NCBI GenBank assembly: GCA_023920165.1
Contig: CP089274.1
Location: 4,030,001 to 4,094,000, forward strand
Origin: Curvularia clavata
Lineage: Eukaryota
Length of the DNA stretch: 64,000 nucleotides
Direction of reading: 5' to 3'
Shown here: positions 1-13,916 of the stretch, one piece after another
Layout of the letters: the number at the start of each line of letters is the position of its first letter
Position numbering within the stretch: position 1 is the stretch's first letter
Program-made: the position numbers and the translations under genes
The notes under the pieces: generated by a model
Told to the model about the DNA's origin: nothing
Seen by the model: the letters and a program-made list of their open reading frames with translations, nothing else
Databases searched by the model: none

Positions 1-527
1 ACATACCAGCGATGTCTTTACTAAAAGGAAAAAAAAACCGGAGGGTGGATGTATTCTTTTTTTCGCTCGACTGGTCTGATGACATGACGAATCTATCCTC
101 CCTTGTTGTTCGTATATTTTTGTTGTTTTCTGCGGCGATACCAGTCTCGCTTTCTTTTCCCACGGGTCCTTTCTTTGGTCAGGGACTTGTCTTGGAAGTT
201 ACTTCATACCAGGAACAGCAAACAACCGTCAAGTAGGTGGCAAGCACACTATTTCTTGACTGCTTTTCGTGTCTGTATTCATCTCTTACTTTTGTGTGTT
301 TGGCTCGCTTTTTTTCTGTTTACAAGAGGCAAATATCGGTACAAATAACTTCTATTCTCTGTATATCTTAGACACACTTTACAATCCAACAACATCACTA
401 CTACGATTTTCACTCTTGGTGCACAGTCTGTGATGTCTCTTCCTTTTTCTCCTTCTAAGCACTTTTACAAAGTTCTCAAAGTCCTCACTCTTGCCACCAG
501 TCAGTGGGCCAGGCTACCTACCTGTTT

Positions 528-556
528 CCCCCCCCCCCCCCCCCCCCCCTCCCCCC
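528..556. repeat. Poly-C tract (C22-T-C6); G-quadruplex-capable on the minus strand
   Basis: Read directly from the sequence; homopolymer length may be affected by sequencing error. Confidence 0.9.
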
Positions 557-1347
557 TCGGTCCTAACCTTTACCCCTCTCCACTCCCCATATCCATCCGG
601 CTCAACTCACTACACTGCACCCTCTTGGTCCCTGACTAACAAAAACCCACATCATCACGCCCTCACGCCTTGCACCCCGCAGCCCAGCCAGTCACCCCTT
701 GCCTCAACCCGCCCGTGCACACCGATAGGCCCCCATGTGTTTTTTTGCCCCAGACCGAAATGCGGAGTTGCTTGCACATAGACGCTAGGCTAGTCGACTG
801 GCTAAGTGTGTGGCGGCCGCCGCAGCATCGCCAAGACGGGTGTTTTGTCGTAGCGTCTGTACTGGCTTGTTTCGTTTCAACCAGCTGTGGAGTTAGTCCA
901 GTCACTCTAGTTGGTTGGAGGCCATCAGTGTGGCTAGAGCTGCAAGGGCATACAAGACTAGGGTAATATCCAGCCAGCGAGGGTCAGGCCGAGGTAGACG
1001 GCTTGTGGTACGGGCTGTGTGTGGATGGTTTGGTTTTCTTTGGGGGTACGCAGGGTGCTTCTTTGAGCGGTTGGAGTATGAGCAAATGGGCTTGTTTGTT
1101 TGTGTCGTCGATCATTCGTGCCTTTTCATGGTCAGCGTGACTTGTCTGAATTCTCTTTCGCCCCTACCTAATACCATGGCAAAATGCAAACATACGAAAA
1201 TGGTTCAGGTACGCCCCGCGACAAAGCAATATCTCTCTTGCTTGCTTGCTTGCTGGATGGATGGCTAGCACATATCGAAAGACGGAATCCGAGCCTTCTT
1301 TTCCGCAGCCCTCTGACTCGCTAGCTCGTACATACCTCCCCTACTCT

Positions 1348-1443
1348 GTACGTACGTACGTACGTATGTGGGATACCAAGGTACATACATACATCATGTA
1401 CATACAACCACGCACCTTAGTCTGCACTTGCACTTGCACTTGC
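1348..1443. repeat. Short microsatellites (GTAC)n and (TGCACT)3
   Basis: gtacgtacgtacgtacgta at 1348-1366; tgcacttgcacttgcacttgc at about 1423-1443. Confidence 0.8.
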
Positions 1444-4400
1444 GCTCGCACTTACAAAGTGGAACCCATCAGAGTTCCGCCGGGCGCTTGCTCTTTCACC
1501 ATGGCGCCCATGCATTTGTCCGAAAACCCGGGGCAATCTTGGCACATGGGCTCTCTGATGACGATGGGGTGAGTAGAGTGGAGTCAAGTAAGCGGGTAAG
1601 CCAGGGCAGCATGGATGAATACATGGATGAATTGAACAGGACCACCCCCCGGGGCGGGTATGTATGTGTGCAGAGCTTAGCTTAGCTTGAGTTGACCGAT
1701 GGAAAAAATCTGCAGAGAAAGAATGAACATTATGGGGGGTTTTTCCGCGGTGAGCGCTGGGAAAAAGGTGAACGGGCAGAGGTCAGAGAAGCGAGTGTGG
1801 TGGAGATATGGTACTCGTTGTTGTTTTGCTACACAGTAGAAATGTATGGTACGTAGTCTTGTCAACTCCAGCAAAACAAAACACAAGAGAACGGGAGAAT
1901 CAGCCACCACCACCACCACCACCTCTCCCTGTGCCCTGAAAATTCTCCTCTGAATCCACTATGTAGTGTGCACACGCCATTAGGGAAAGAAAAAGGACTT
2001 CTTTGACCCGCCTTACACCCGGCACTACCACGTCCACATGCCCAGCCACACCCTTCCCTCTCCTTCTTCCAGAAACCTTCTACGAACTTTACCCCCTCAC
2101 CAGTTCACCCAACCTACTCGACCACCTGGCCCTCCCTCGACGCCTTCTACCTTCTAGTCTCCTTCCACCACCACCATCCCCCTTCGCTCCACTCACACGA
2201 AACCACGCTTCCAGCTTCCCTCCCACTCAGACGCATAGATCCGCTACTATTACCCCCTCATTCTTCTCCCGCTTTCTCCGCATGACCTTACACGCGCGCC
2301 GTAAATTAAGTCTACATGGTCGCTGATCCACTCATAGTGCGCAGAAGCGCGTGTAGTCATCGGAGCGTGGGAGGGTGCAAGGGAAGAGGGAAGGGGGGGT
2401 ATATCAGCCATTTTTTTTCAAAGAAGCTAACGTAGGGTGTGCGCCATGTTACAGAAAGAAAGGAAAAGGAAGAAAAAGGATGGCAGAAGGAAGCAACGTG
2501 GAAGGCTATCTGTTCTGCCCCTGGTTCTGCCGGCAGAAAAGGCATCATGCAGGACTGAAAAGAACCAGTAACTAACTAGTTACATGGGTATGTTTCCGGC
2601 TCCGCAGTTTGGCTCGATTTTTTTTCTTCTCTGGTGGTTTTACCCCAGACTAGAGGCGTAGAACGGAAACGGTGCAGTGCGTTTTTATTTTGCAATTTCG
2701 GCTTCTGAGGCTCAGGAACCGAGGGGTGTGTATGGTCTAGGTACAAAGAGGGAAAGGGGAGTTGTTGCGCGCATGCATGTAGGTTGCATTAGGTGAGATG
2801 CTAGGCGATTTGTTCTGGTACTACCTCATGTCACGGGGGCAAGCAGAAGCTCTTCTTAGTGGGCTTTTGCCTGGTTGCTTGTATGCTTTGCTTGTTGCTA
2901 CTATTGCTGCTGCTGTGCATATACGGCAGGCTATACTGTGTGGTTAAACAGTTTGAATAATACAACGACTTAAGAGTAGTTAAGAGGAATAATAATGGTG
3001 TTGGGGTGAACGGTCAAGGACAAACGCACCTGTTCTCGTTTTGGCCTACAGAATTACTGGGTTCGGATGTTAGAACGCAAGGACCTAACAGCCGCTTGGA
3101 AAATGTGGGGATGCCGTGGAGTGGTGTCACAGCAGCATCTGTCAAAACGTGGAGAAGGGGAAATTGGACCAAAAAACCATGCACAGTGTATAGTACAATG
3201 CGGTTCTTGCTGCAGTGTAGCCGTCTGACCCAGTGTTTTTCCTTCCTCCTCTCGAGTCATGGAATTATGCACATTCATTCCGGTACTTGAAGAGATCACT
3301 GTGCATTATGCGGGGAAAAACACCTGGGGGGCAGCAGACTATCATGCGGCTCTTGATAGGTTCGGTCTCGAGTTGCAGTAGAGACCAGACTAAGTGCACA
3401 CAACACAAGCGCCACAGATATGCAAGTCGGGTGTGGATATGGGTGACGAGCAAAAGGACCGGGGGGCGGGAAGCAGAAGAGGGAAACGACGGCGTCATGT
3501 TGGCTCCGATGTGATTCTCTTACAGCGGTTGGCGCTCTGCGTGGCATCATCTGAGCTGGGGTGGTGCATATCGCGAGGAACGGAATGCTAGGTGTGGATC
3601 TTAACTCGATTAGAGTTATTAACGGCGGCTGCTGGCATCATTTGCTTTGGACTAACCAGCTGGTTGCAGGCTTCGGTCCAGGAACCAAAGCTGGTAAAGC
3701 CAGGCCGGAGCAAGACCTTAGGCTCAACTCAGGCTCGGCATTGCCAGGGTAGGCGGGCTAGGCGGGCGAATTGGGTGATTGTGACAAGGCCTCTTTTCCC
3801 AGGCATTGTTCTTCGAGAAGGCTTGCTAGTATTGCGGGGTGAAAGCATGGTACATGGTTGTACCGGGAGAAAGAGAACGGTACAGCTGGTAGAGGGGGAG
3901 TAAGACGATGCATGTGGTCTGGAATCATGTGGCTCACAGGATACCAGCGTGCAATGATGCTCTCCATCCATGGCTCCCGGTGGCGGTGTGATAGCCATCT
4001 AGTGACAGTTCTAGCAGCTTGTCGTTGTGGGTTAAAGCTTGTTAGTCTCGGGCACACATGTCGACAAAGGACCGGGCCATGTTGGCGCAAAGAGGTGCAA
4101 AGGAAGGTTTCAAGCGGACCCACGACTCAGGATGGACGACAACGAGCCCTAGCTCATGTCATGGTAGCTGTCATGGTAGGTAGCCCGTCCCCGTGTCACG
4201 TACGTCGCGATGCGGTACGCGATTCCGACTGAAGCCTCGAAAGCTACCGTTCACATTGTGCGGAGTGCATCATGTGCTACTGCTGCGGGCACGAGCGTTG
4301 GCTGGTGCCATCCTTGTTCGCTGCTTTTGCGTACAGTGGTGCACCTTGACCACACCGTCTGACCCGGGTGTCTTCACCAACGATGTCGTGCTTCCTCTGG

Positions 4401-7400
4401 GCTCAGCCACCAAAAAGCTTACTAGAAGCTGGACAAGGCAGCTACCCGAGTGACTGTGCGTGTGAGGTGAGATGGCAGGCTTGTGGTGCAGGTACAAGGC
4501 TGGAAAGCGCGCGCCATGATAGACCAAGGAATCCGGAACGACGTGCCTGAAGCTGAGTAAGGGCCCGTGCAAGTAGGTAACATCCGGTTGCTAGCCGTCC
4601 CGGCTGAATACCCGCTGGACAGGAACTTTTAGCCACCCATGAGGAAAATGCGGAGTACGTCTGGACGTCTGGGGTCACTACACTGATCTCATTGGATTTT
4701 CTAAGAGCCGAACAGGATCGTCAAGCAATGCGGGTGTGGAGAGAGATATGGAGAGGGAGTGCGTGCGTACAGAAAGCTGGGGGTTATGGAAGGGGTCAGC
4801 CCTGTAGGATAATGTTACTGCAGCCGGTCCTGAGTTCCGCATGTGCGAGCGTAGCGACCGAACGCATGGTGGCTTTCCTCTTCTGGTGCGGACTCGACGT
4901 ACATACAGATGCAGTAAACATACGTCGATGGCTCGCATTGCCGCCGTAAAAAGCGAAGCTCAATCACGTGCTCGAGAGCTTGGAGTAGGCTGGGGTGAGG
5001 GGTGTAGCGCTCGGTCCATGTGTGGGCCGGGGGGTGTGAAAGAGTTTTGGTAGCGCTGGCGTCATGACGGCCAAGTACCTACACCACGTAGCTGTCGGCC
5101 GGGCAAGCGAGATGCAGCGAGGTATTGGAAAAGGCTGACGCGCATGGCCACTGCCAGCCATTGGGCATTCATGCTTTTTGCGGACAACGGTTTGAGCGTA
5201 GTCGGGTTCGGTAGTCGAAGGCGTGACGCTGCACGCCAGAACGAACAAGCAAAAGCATCGGGCGTCGTGATGCAGGACACTGCAAAAAAGGCGGGAACCA
5301 ACACCTTGCGAACCTCATTTCCCACCTGCGTCGCCCATGTCCACGTTCACACGCACACGCATCCACACGCACACCCACACCCGCCCCTAGCTGCATGCGT
5401 GCTTCCGTTCTCTGTCGCTGCCGCCGCTGCCTGTGGGCCAGTCGCAGAAAAGCAAAAACAGAGACAAAAACAAATTCTCTTGTGAGACCCCACCAGGGGC
5501 AGTCGCATGCGAGGTCCGTTTTGACATGTGGTCTATCGACCAAACGCCAAAGGATCGTGAGGCGCTGTTAGTGCCCGAGGGTGGTTCCTCAGCCGTTGTG
5601 CGCCTGCGCTCTCACGGCACAGGGCGATCACTGACACAGATACGAGGCTACCAGCAGCGATCTGACGACGGCAGGCTTGCGCCATCGACGACAAACCTTC
5701 TGACTCGGTGCAGCCCAGCGCCGGAGCAAGATACGAGATGCGGAAGCTGCCTCGCCCTCTTCAAAACCTGGGCTTCGCCCCAAGATGCAGGCCTGGGGCC
5801 CCCTCTGCGGCAAGCCGGCGGCTTTTCTGACAGCAAAGCAGCGGCACTTCGCCGAGGTCGCACAAGTGCGCATGACGATGAGAGGTGGGATTTCCTTGGA
5901 GCCGCTCGCGGCCAAACTTCTGGCTTGAAAGAAGAAAAGAAAAGGCCGCGCCCGCGTATTCTGCGACGTCAAATCTCCCGTTTTCCGTTGTACCGTGTAA
6001 TCTCCCCCACAGAAGAATGACGGACGGATGCCATGTTCCGAAGTTTGCAAGTGACACGACGAAACAGGATGCGATTGACGGACATTCGCTAGGGGCGAAG
6101 AAATGCGACTGTGCAAGTATCATGACTAGTCCCGTGGTGTAGCACCGCAATAGACTGTGAGCGTGGTGTTCCTGTGCGTACGTCCAATCATTTGCCTGAG
6201 TCCCCATGGAAAGAAACCCGCAGCCTGGCACTCATGGTAAGCACAAGTACTCTGTATAAAAAACGCTGATTGTGTCCCTCTCCCAGAAGACCTTTTGGTA
6301 TCAATATGCTCTCTGCTGCGTTTTGCAATACCTTTTTTTTTACCAGCAGTGTTTCAAGGAGCATCCTATCCAGAATTTGTTGATGCCACGGCATTGCTTC
6401 TGCGGTGCTACCGACGCATGCCAATTCCGCCAGCCGGGTGCAGCGAAGGGTACTACATGGCAACTTGCATGACAGGACTCTGGTACCTACTGTCGGCTTC
6501 TGTGCTAGCCGGCCGTAACATTGTCGCACGTACAGTGCCTCTGTGAGTAAGGCACCTAAGTTTCTGATGACTCCAGCGCGAAGTTGGCTTTGTGAGATTC
6601 GTATTCGGTTGCGATGGTTACGTCTATGCGCTGCGCTTTTTTGTACATGGGCAACCAACAAGTCTAAACCAGAGTCTTCGACGCCGCCGTATCTTTGTCT
6701 TCTGCACCGGCGAGGGTCGCCAAGTACTTCAACATGTGTATGCAGAAACGTCGACTGGTGCAGTCATTTCCACCAGCTTAACGTAATAGTTCAACATTGG
6801 GCATATGGGGTGAGGGTGCCAACACCGAGAGTAAGAAGCAGTTCTGCTACGAGCAGGTCGAACATGTGACCTAAAAGACTACACCATGCAGCTGTTGCCT
6901 CGTATTGACAATACAGCAGTGCTCACCCTTTTGTGAAAAGCAATGTATCTCTGCGTCAACCAAGCACAGCCCGTGTGTGCATCAGACCATTGACTCATGC
7001 CCCGAGCCGGTGCATGCCTGTTGGCGACAGCGAGACAGGGCGCTTGGTAAGGAGTAGGCGGCGATGAAAAGAGGTAGTCGACTGTGGCGATGATACAAAA
7101 GGTGATCTCACATGACGCCGGAGTTAAGCGGAGATGGCTTTCACGTGAATGAGTGTTTTTCACATGTCGGCGTCATTGTGCATAGCAGCGGCGAAAGACG
7201 TCAAGACGAGGACGAATCTCGTCGATGCTGGAGAGGGGGAGTGATTTGATGGACGAGACTGTACGGCTGGTGAGGCCTGCATGTCATCGTGACCATGGCG
7301 GTGTTGCCTGCTGCTGCTGCCCCGTCGCAGCCACGGCTTGTGCTCCACTGTGCGACTCTGGGTCCCCTAAGCACACATTGGCGAAGCATCAGCCCAAGTC

Positions 7401-8240
7401 ATGGTGCGGAGCGGAGGCGGGAGCGGTCGCTGCAGAGATGGCTGGACAAATGATGGTGTTCACACATGGCGGCCAGACGGATGGCTTGGGGGGCCATTGT
7501 GTTGAGTGCTATGGATGGGGCGTGGTGGGCGAGGCCATGCTAGTATCATCATCCCACCTCGCTCGCTCCTGCCCGCGCCTTATCGCAGCCAGGAAGGCAC
7601 GACTGCGCATCCTGTCCGCCACGTTGGCCAACACCCCTGCACAGAGAATGACTGGCAATGGCAGCCATGGCAATGTGTGACTCCGCAGCAAACGGCAAAC
7701 GGCAGTTCAGTGTTGGTGTCGAGTTGCAACAGAGTGTTGGGGCTGACGTTCAAGGGCTCGGCTAGGCCAACATCCTTGTTGCGGCTTAGCCTGGCACTCA
7801 AACAATTTTCGAAAGAGCCCAACCGCCGTCCCTCTTCACACCCGTCTCTCCATAGCGAGACCATCTAGCAACCCCATACGCAGCGGACTCGGTGACCTTC
7901 ACAGGAGCCGCTTGCTTGCTGATTTCACGGATTCACTTCGTCGAAGTCCATCCCCCCCTCCGGACGCGGAATCCTGTCGAGACTCCTTCTTCACTGAAGC
8001 GCTCGGACAGCCTCCGACAAACGCCCTCTGTAAAAGGAGTTGACCTCTATCCCTCACCCCAGCCGACGACGCTCATTTCTGCACCCACCGAGTCGCTTTT
8101 CAAAGCAACTCATTAATACCGCAGAACCCGCCCCCGCTCGCTCGAATCTGCGATTCCCGCGACAACGTCATCCGGCTAGTCCCTCGAAGCGATTGTGACC
8201 GCCTTCCTCCACCCGCTTCTCCATAACCACCACCGAGTCC

Positions 8241-11200
8241 ATGAGTAACCCCACCTCGAACTCGCAGACCCCGCCCATCGCCGCTTCCACGAACACGACC
8301 GCGAACAACTCCTCCTCAGGATCGTCCGCCACCGTGGCCGCTGGATCGGCGCAGCCCGCTGCCCGGAGCTCGTACGCAAACGCGACCAAACCTGCGATCG
8401 TGTCTAGCGCAACCCCGCCCGTGGCAGTGGGAGCTCCTCAGAGCACACAGCATGGAAAGAGCTCTTCCGTCTCCCCGGTGAATGGCAACAGTGCCATCAA
8501 GCCTGCTATCCCCGCCATGCCCACCATTGTGAGCGGTGGCCCCAACGGCAACGCAAACGCCCACGAGCGCAAGTCCTCCGTCCAGATCAAACAGACCCCG
8601 CCCGTTGCCACTGCAGGTGGCCCGCCCTCTGGCATCAAGTTCGGCTCTCTCGCTACCTCGCCGGCACCTGCCCACGCCTCGCCTGTAGCACAGGGAAACC
8701 TGAATCCCCAGGCCCAGAACCCTCGCGTTGCCTCCCCCGCCCACTCGCCATCACCCATTCCTACACCCATCTCCGGAGGCCCCAAGCCTGACGGACTGCC
8801 TACTCGTCCAAATCTGGTCTTTGGCGGTCAGGGCGGTGAAGGCGCAGAGTCCAACGTAAGTTGTCCGCTACTTCGGATGCGGCTCCCCCACTCTTTCAGC
8901 CTCACATGCTAATCCCCATCCAGGCACGCCCAGCTATGCCTCCTCAACCCAATTCCCACTCCATGCCACAGGCTCAGCATCTGCGCCGCGAGTCGTCGCA
9001 GTCTGCGCACAGCGATATGAGCAACGCAAACATGGGCCGAGGCTACCCTCCCAGTCGAGGCCGCGGCGGGTACCCCCAAGGACACTACAACCCCCAGATG
9101 GCAAACCACTCGCCACAGCCATATCGCTCCATGCCCCAGCAAATGGGTCGCGGCATGACTCCGCCATTCCAGCCTCCGGGCCAGATGGCGCAGCGTTCCC
9201 CCTATACGCAAAACCGCAGCCCGGCTATGACGCCCGCCACCATGCATACTCAGCAACAGTTCGCCAACCCCCAGGGTATGCCATACTATCAAGGACAACC
9301 ATATGCTCAACAGGTACGTAGGTTTGCTACTTGCCGTTTTACATGTCTTCTCTTCCCTTCTCACCTACGATCCATTGCCCCACCTAACCACCGTTCCCTC
9401 TATTCCTTTTTTTTCAATGGACCGGACCAACCTTTTCTGACTGTTATACCACAGGCTATGTACGGTATGCCACAGCCTGGTCTTGACCCGTACAACAACT
9501 ACTATCCACAAGGCCAGGGCTACGGCCTGCAACAGTCTATTCACTACCCAGGCGTCCCCGCCAGCCCCGGCCGTGGTCATGCTTTCCCGCCACAGATGCA
9601 GCCAGCTCCCTACGGTGTTGCTCCTTACGGCCACCAGCCCCAGGCGCAAAGCATGTCTCGCTCTCCTTCGAACATGTCGGAACGCCCATCGTCTGCTGTC
9701 CCACAGCCATCCACTCCTGCCATGACAAACGTCAACCACATCTCGCACACACATACTCCCAGCATGACCTCCGCAAGCCCGGTCCCTACTACAAGCTTTG
9801 AACGTCCCAAGCGGGCAAGCAAGGCCATTGTCATCAAGACCGCTGACGGTGAGGTTGTCGACTTCAACAAGGGCAAGGGCTCGCCTGCCCCATCTGGTGG
9901 CGCATCTGCACCTCCCGCTGCTCCCAGGTCGCCAGCTATCGCTGCTACCCCCACTCCTCCCCGCGCACCAAGCGCCTCTGATGCCACTCGTGCAGAAGAC
10001 ACCGCTGCTAAGAAGGCCGACTTTGTCAAACAATTCCAGGAGAAACTGCGTCTCCAGGAAGAAGCCGAAAAGAAAGCCAAAGAAGCCAGCGAGGACGAGG
10101 CCAAGGCTGAGGCCAGCGCCAAGCTTGCTGCCGAAGAAGAGGCAAAGGCAAAGGCAGCTCTCGAGGCCAAGGAAAAGGAGGAGGCCGAAGCTGCGAAGAA
10201 GGCTGAGGCGGACGCGGAGGAGAAGAAGCGTCAAGAAGATGAGGAAATGGAGCGTATGATTGCTGAGATGGAAGAAGAAGAGAGGAAGCGTGAAGAGGAA
10301 GAGAAGCGCTATGCGGAAGAGAAGAAACGCAAGGCCGAAGAAGAGAAAGCTAACGCTGCCGAGAAGATCAAGCAAGAAGAAGAGCGTCTTCGCAAGCTCG
10401 AGCGTGAAGCCGAGGAGGCCGAGGCCGCTCGTGCAGCTGAGACTCCTGAGCAGAAGGCTGAACGTGAGGCCAAGGACAAGGAGCTGTTTGCAAGCCTCAA
10501 GAAGAACACCATGTTCGGTCCAGGTGCCTCACAGCAGGCCGAGGAACCCGCAGCTCCTGTAGCTGCGCCAGCTCCCTCCAAGACACCTACTGGCACCAAG
10601 CCTAAGCCAGCTGCTCTCAAGCTCGAAACAAACAAGTCTGTTGAGCCCGCACAACCAACTGCTGGTATGCAAGCACTCAAGACTGCGCGCTTCCTCGAGG
10701 TCCGCCAGGAGGTTCAGTACCCGCAAGGCGTCTCTAGTCCTAACCCCGCTTTGAACAACAGCAACAGAAGTAAGGGTCGTCAGTATGACAAGGACTTTTT
10801 GCTGCAATTTCAGGATGTCTTCAAGGAGAAGCCTTCTGTCGACTGGGATATGAAGTTGAAGGAGACTGTTGGCGACGAGCCTGCTTCAGCTCGTGGTCCT
10901 CCATCAGCACGTCCTGGATCCATGATCGGCGGACGGCAGCCTTCTCGTTCGGGCGCCGGCAGCGGTGGTGGCATGGGCACATTTGGCCTGGGAGCTCGCA
11001 CACTCCCACCAGGTACGACATCCGAACAGCGTTTCCAGCAAGCCCAAGGCGGACGCGGCTCTATGACGAATCCTCTTGCTCATGTCGTTTTAGGTGGTGG
11101 ACGTGGTGGCGCTTTCCCTATGGCACCCCCCATGGCGCGTACCAGCTCTTACCAGAGCACATCCCATGGCCCCAACTCTCCTCGTGTCAATAGCTCTCGT

Positions 11201-12694
11201 GGTAAGGGAGGCGGTAGCCGCCGCGGTGGTAACAACAACGCGGCTGCCGAGGCCAAGGCTATGCCATTGACCGCCAACCAGGAGATCAAGGCTCTGCAAC
11301 GCTCGCAAACCGGATGGGTCCCTCAATCCATTGTTGCACCCGCATCGAACCAAGCGCCCTCCGGCCACATGCCTCCTGACATGGTACAGCGTAAGGTCAA
11401 GGCTGCTCTCAACAAGATGACTCCCGACAAGTTCGACAAGATTTCGGATCAGATCCTCGAAATTGCTGGTCAATCCAAGGATGAGACTGATGGTCGCACG
11501 CTTCGTCAAGTCATTCAACTCACATTCGAGAAGGCTTGTGACGAGAGCCACTGGTCTTCCATGTACGCCAAGTTTTGCAGCCGCATGTTGCAAACCATGA
11601 GCACAGAGATCAAGGACGAGAACGTTCGAGACAAGCACGGCAACCCTGTTGTCGGTGGTGCTCTATTCCGCAAGTACCTGCTCAATCGTTGTCAGGAAGA
11701 GTTCGAGCGTGGTTGGGAAGTCAACCTCCCCGATGCTCCCGAGGACGGCAAGGAGGCTAAGCTGCTTTCCGACGAGTACTACATTGCCGCTGCTGCTAAG
11801 CGTAAGGGTCTGGGTCTAATCCAGTTCATTGGAGAGCTTTACAAACTCGGCATGCTGACGCTCCGAATTATGCACGAGTGTGTGTTGAAGCTCCTTGACT
11901 TCGAGGGCCTTCCCGACGAGGCTGCTATCGAGAGTTTGGTCAAGCTGCTCCGTACTGTTGGTGCAACCATGGAGTCTGCCGAGGCTGGTCCCAAGATGAT
12001 CAACATGTACTTTGAGCGTATCGAAAAGGTCATGAACATGGAGGGTCTTCCCTCACGTCTGCACTTCATGTTGCTCGACACTGTTGATCTTCGCAAGGCC
12101 GGATGGAAGTCCAAGGACACCCTCAAGGGCCCCAAGACCATTGCCGAGATTCATCAAGAGGCTATGGCTGCTCAACAGGCTGCCGAGATGGAGCGAACAC
12201 GTTCCAACCAGCGTGGTGGCGGTGGTGGCCGTCTTCCTATGGGCCGTGGCGATGCCCGCTCATTCTCTGGTGGTGGCATGCAGCCGCCTCCAGACACTGG
12301 CAGCCGTGTGCAGATGGATGACCTCCGTAAGCTTTCGAAGGGTGCTTCTGGCCGCAACCTGAACAATCCCGGAGCACTTGGTCCCTCCATGCTTGGTAGC
12401 CGTAGCGGCAGCGGCCGTCGTGGTCTCGGCCCTGGCATGATGGGTCGTGGTGGTGAGGATTCTGGAGCTTCTTCGCGCACTGGTACTCCACCTGTGCAAA
12501 AAGAGAAGGACTCGAATGCCCATGCAAATGCTTTCAGGTAAGATTCCTACAACAACTAGTAGATGAGGGTCCGACACTAACATGATGAAAGTGCGCTTGC
12601 CGCCCTTAGTAACGAAGACGCCGGCGAGGCAGCCTCTTCGTCGCAGGCTCCAGAAGAGAACTCTGCCGACGCAGAGTCTAAGCCATCCGAGTGA
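8241..12694 (+). CDS. TIF4631: Eukaryotic translation initiation factor 4G (4 exons: 8241-8855, 8924-9313, 9455-12537, 12592-12694)
   Basis: eIF4E-binding YxxxxL-phi motif (RQYDKDFLLQF); MIF4G domain (VQRKVKAALNKMTPDKFDKI...LIQFIGELYKL...GPKTIAEIH); splicing the last intron restores the conserved NAFSAL motif; all introns have GT donor, branch point and YAG/AAG acceptor. Confidence 0.95.
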
Positions 12695-13784
12695 TTACCT
12701 TTCTTCGTTCAAGCGCGTGACGGTTATACCCATAGACCATGCCGCACGCGGTAACCTAATCGCTTGTTTCGTTGCATAGACGGGGGCATCTAAGCGCGCA
12801 TTGTTCGGCATTCTGCAGGGTTTCCTTACTGCAACTTTCAAGACTGGCGGATTCCAAAAGTTTCCTTGTTGTCGAGCGGTAGGTCTTTGCCAAATAGGTT
12901 TGGGTGGTCAAACTATTCTGGTGACCTTGAAAAGCCTCGACTGTTTTTTTCACGCGCATGTTTATCACGGCACTATCAAACACAAAGGCGTTCCGGCTAT
13001 AACGAGGGAAGGGGCCCATGTTACACGCTTTTCAAGAGCGTCATGCATGGTATTCCGGGGCTCTAGTCTTTTGACCCAGTTTCCCTCAAAGTTTGTTATC
13101 TTTCTCTGCGTCACGATGGGCAGGGTTTGGGCAGGTAGAAGGAGTGCCGCTTTTCTCCTGTGGATGTCCTTTTTTTCAGCTTCCGTACCCCTGATGTACT
13201 ACTTTCTTTCTTCTTTCTTTCTTGATCTCCTCGTCCACACTTTTTGGCAAAAGAAAAAGTGGTAGCTTTGTGTGTTGCGGTGCCGCCGACGATAGCAGAC
13301 TTTGCTTAGGCATGCAGACTGCAGAAAACTCATGACTTTTTGCGTCACGAGAAGCATGGCTTATGTCATGAAAGAGAAGGTCAGCCTAGGTTTCGACGGA
13401 GAACAAAAAACTTGCTTGTATTATTCTTTGTTCCAGTTAGAAGAATGCACTGATAACTTCGAAGATTGCAATTCGTTGTGCTATTTCGTGCGGTGATGGA
13501 CTTGTCGTCATCCTACTTGAACCTTACGCTTGATTTCAGGATTGATGGCCAGACGTTGGTGCTTTTGCATAAGCAATGTGCTGGTATAATTTCTTTCTGG
13601 GACCAATTACTGCATAGCATAATGAACTAGAGGGTAAACGTTGCAAAGAGACATTGTTACGCGTCCAATGATATAGACGTTGGAAACGGCGTGTGCGGGG
13701 TGGGGGCAGGCGGGACCCCCTAGACGTAGGCGGGGGTCGGAGCACCTACGTCATAAGGATGTACTCAGGGGAGAGGGCTGTAGG

Positions 13785-13791
13785 TATATAA
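13785..13791 (+). promoter_or_regulatory. TATA box upstream of the small 11-mer-repeat gene
   Basis: tatataa about 130 nt upstream of ATG 13917; STRE-like AGGGG at about 13767. Confidence 0.5.
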
Positions 13792-13916
13792 TGTGCAACG
13801 TTCAGCCTTTGTAACGAGACATTTTACACAATAATCCACGTGTTATACCTACTGAAAAGTCGAGGAATCATTACTTGAGTCGTTACGAAAAAAAAACCCC
13901 CACCCAAAGCAAAGCC

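Noticed and set aside
8160..8240. Non-AUG N-terminal extension of eIF4G
   Set aside because: In-frame TGA at 8196 closes the frame.
8861..8923. Start of the 1226-aa ORF taken as the eIF4G N-terminus
   Set aside because: Lies within intron 1; the supported start is ATG 8241.
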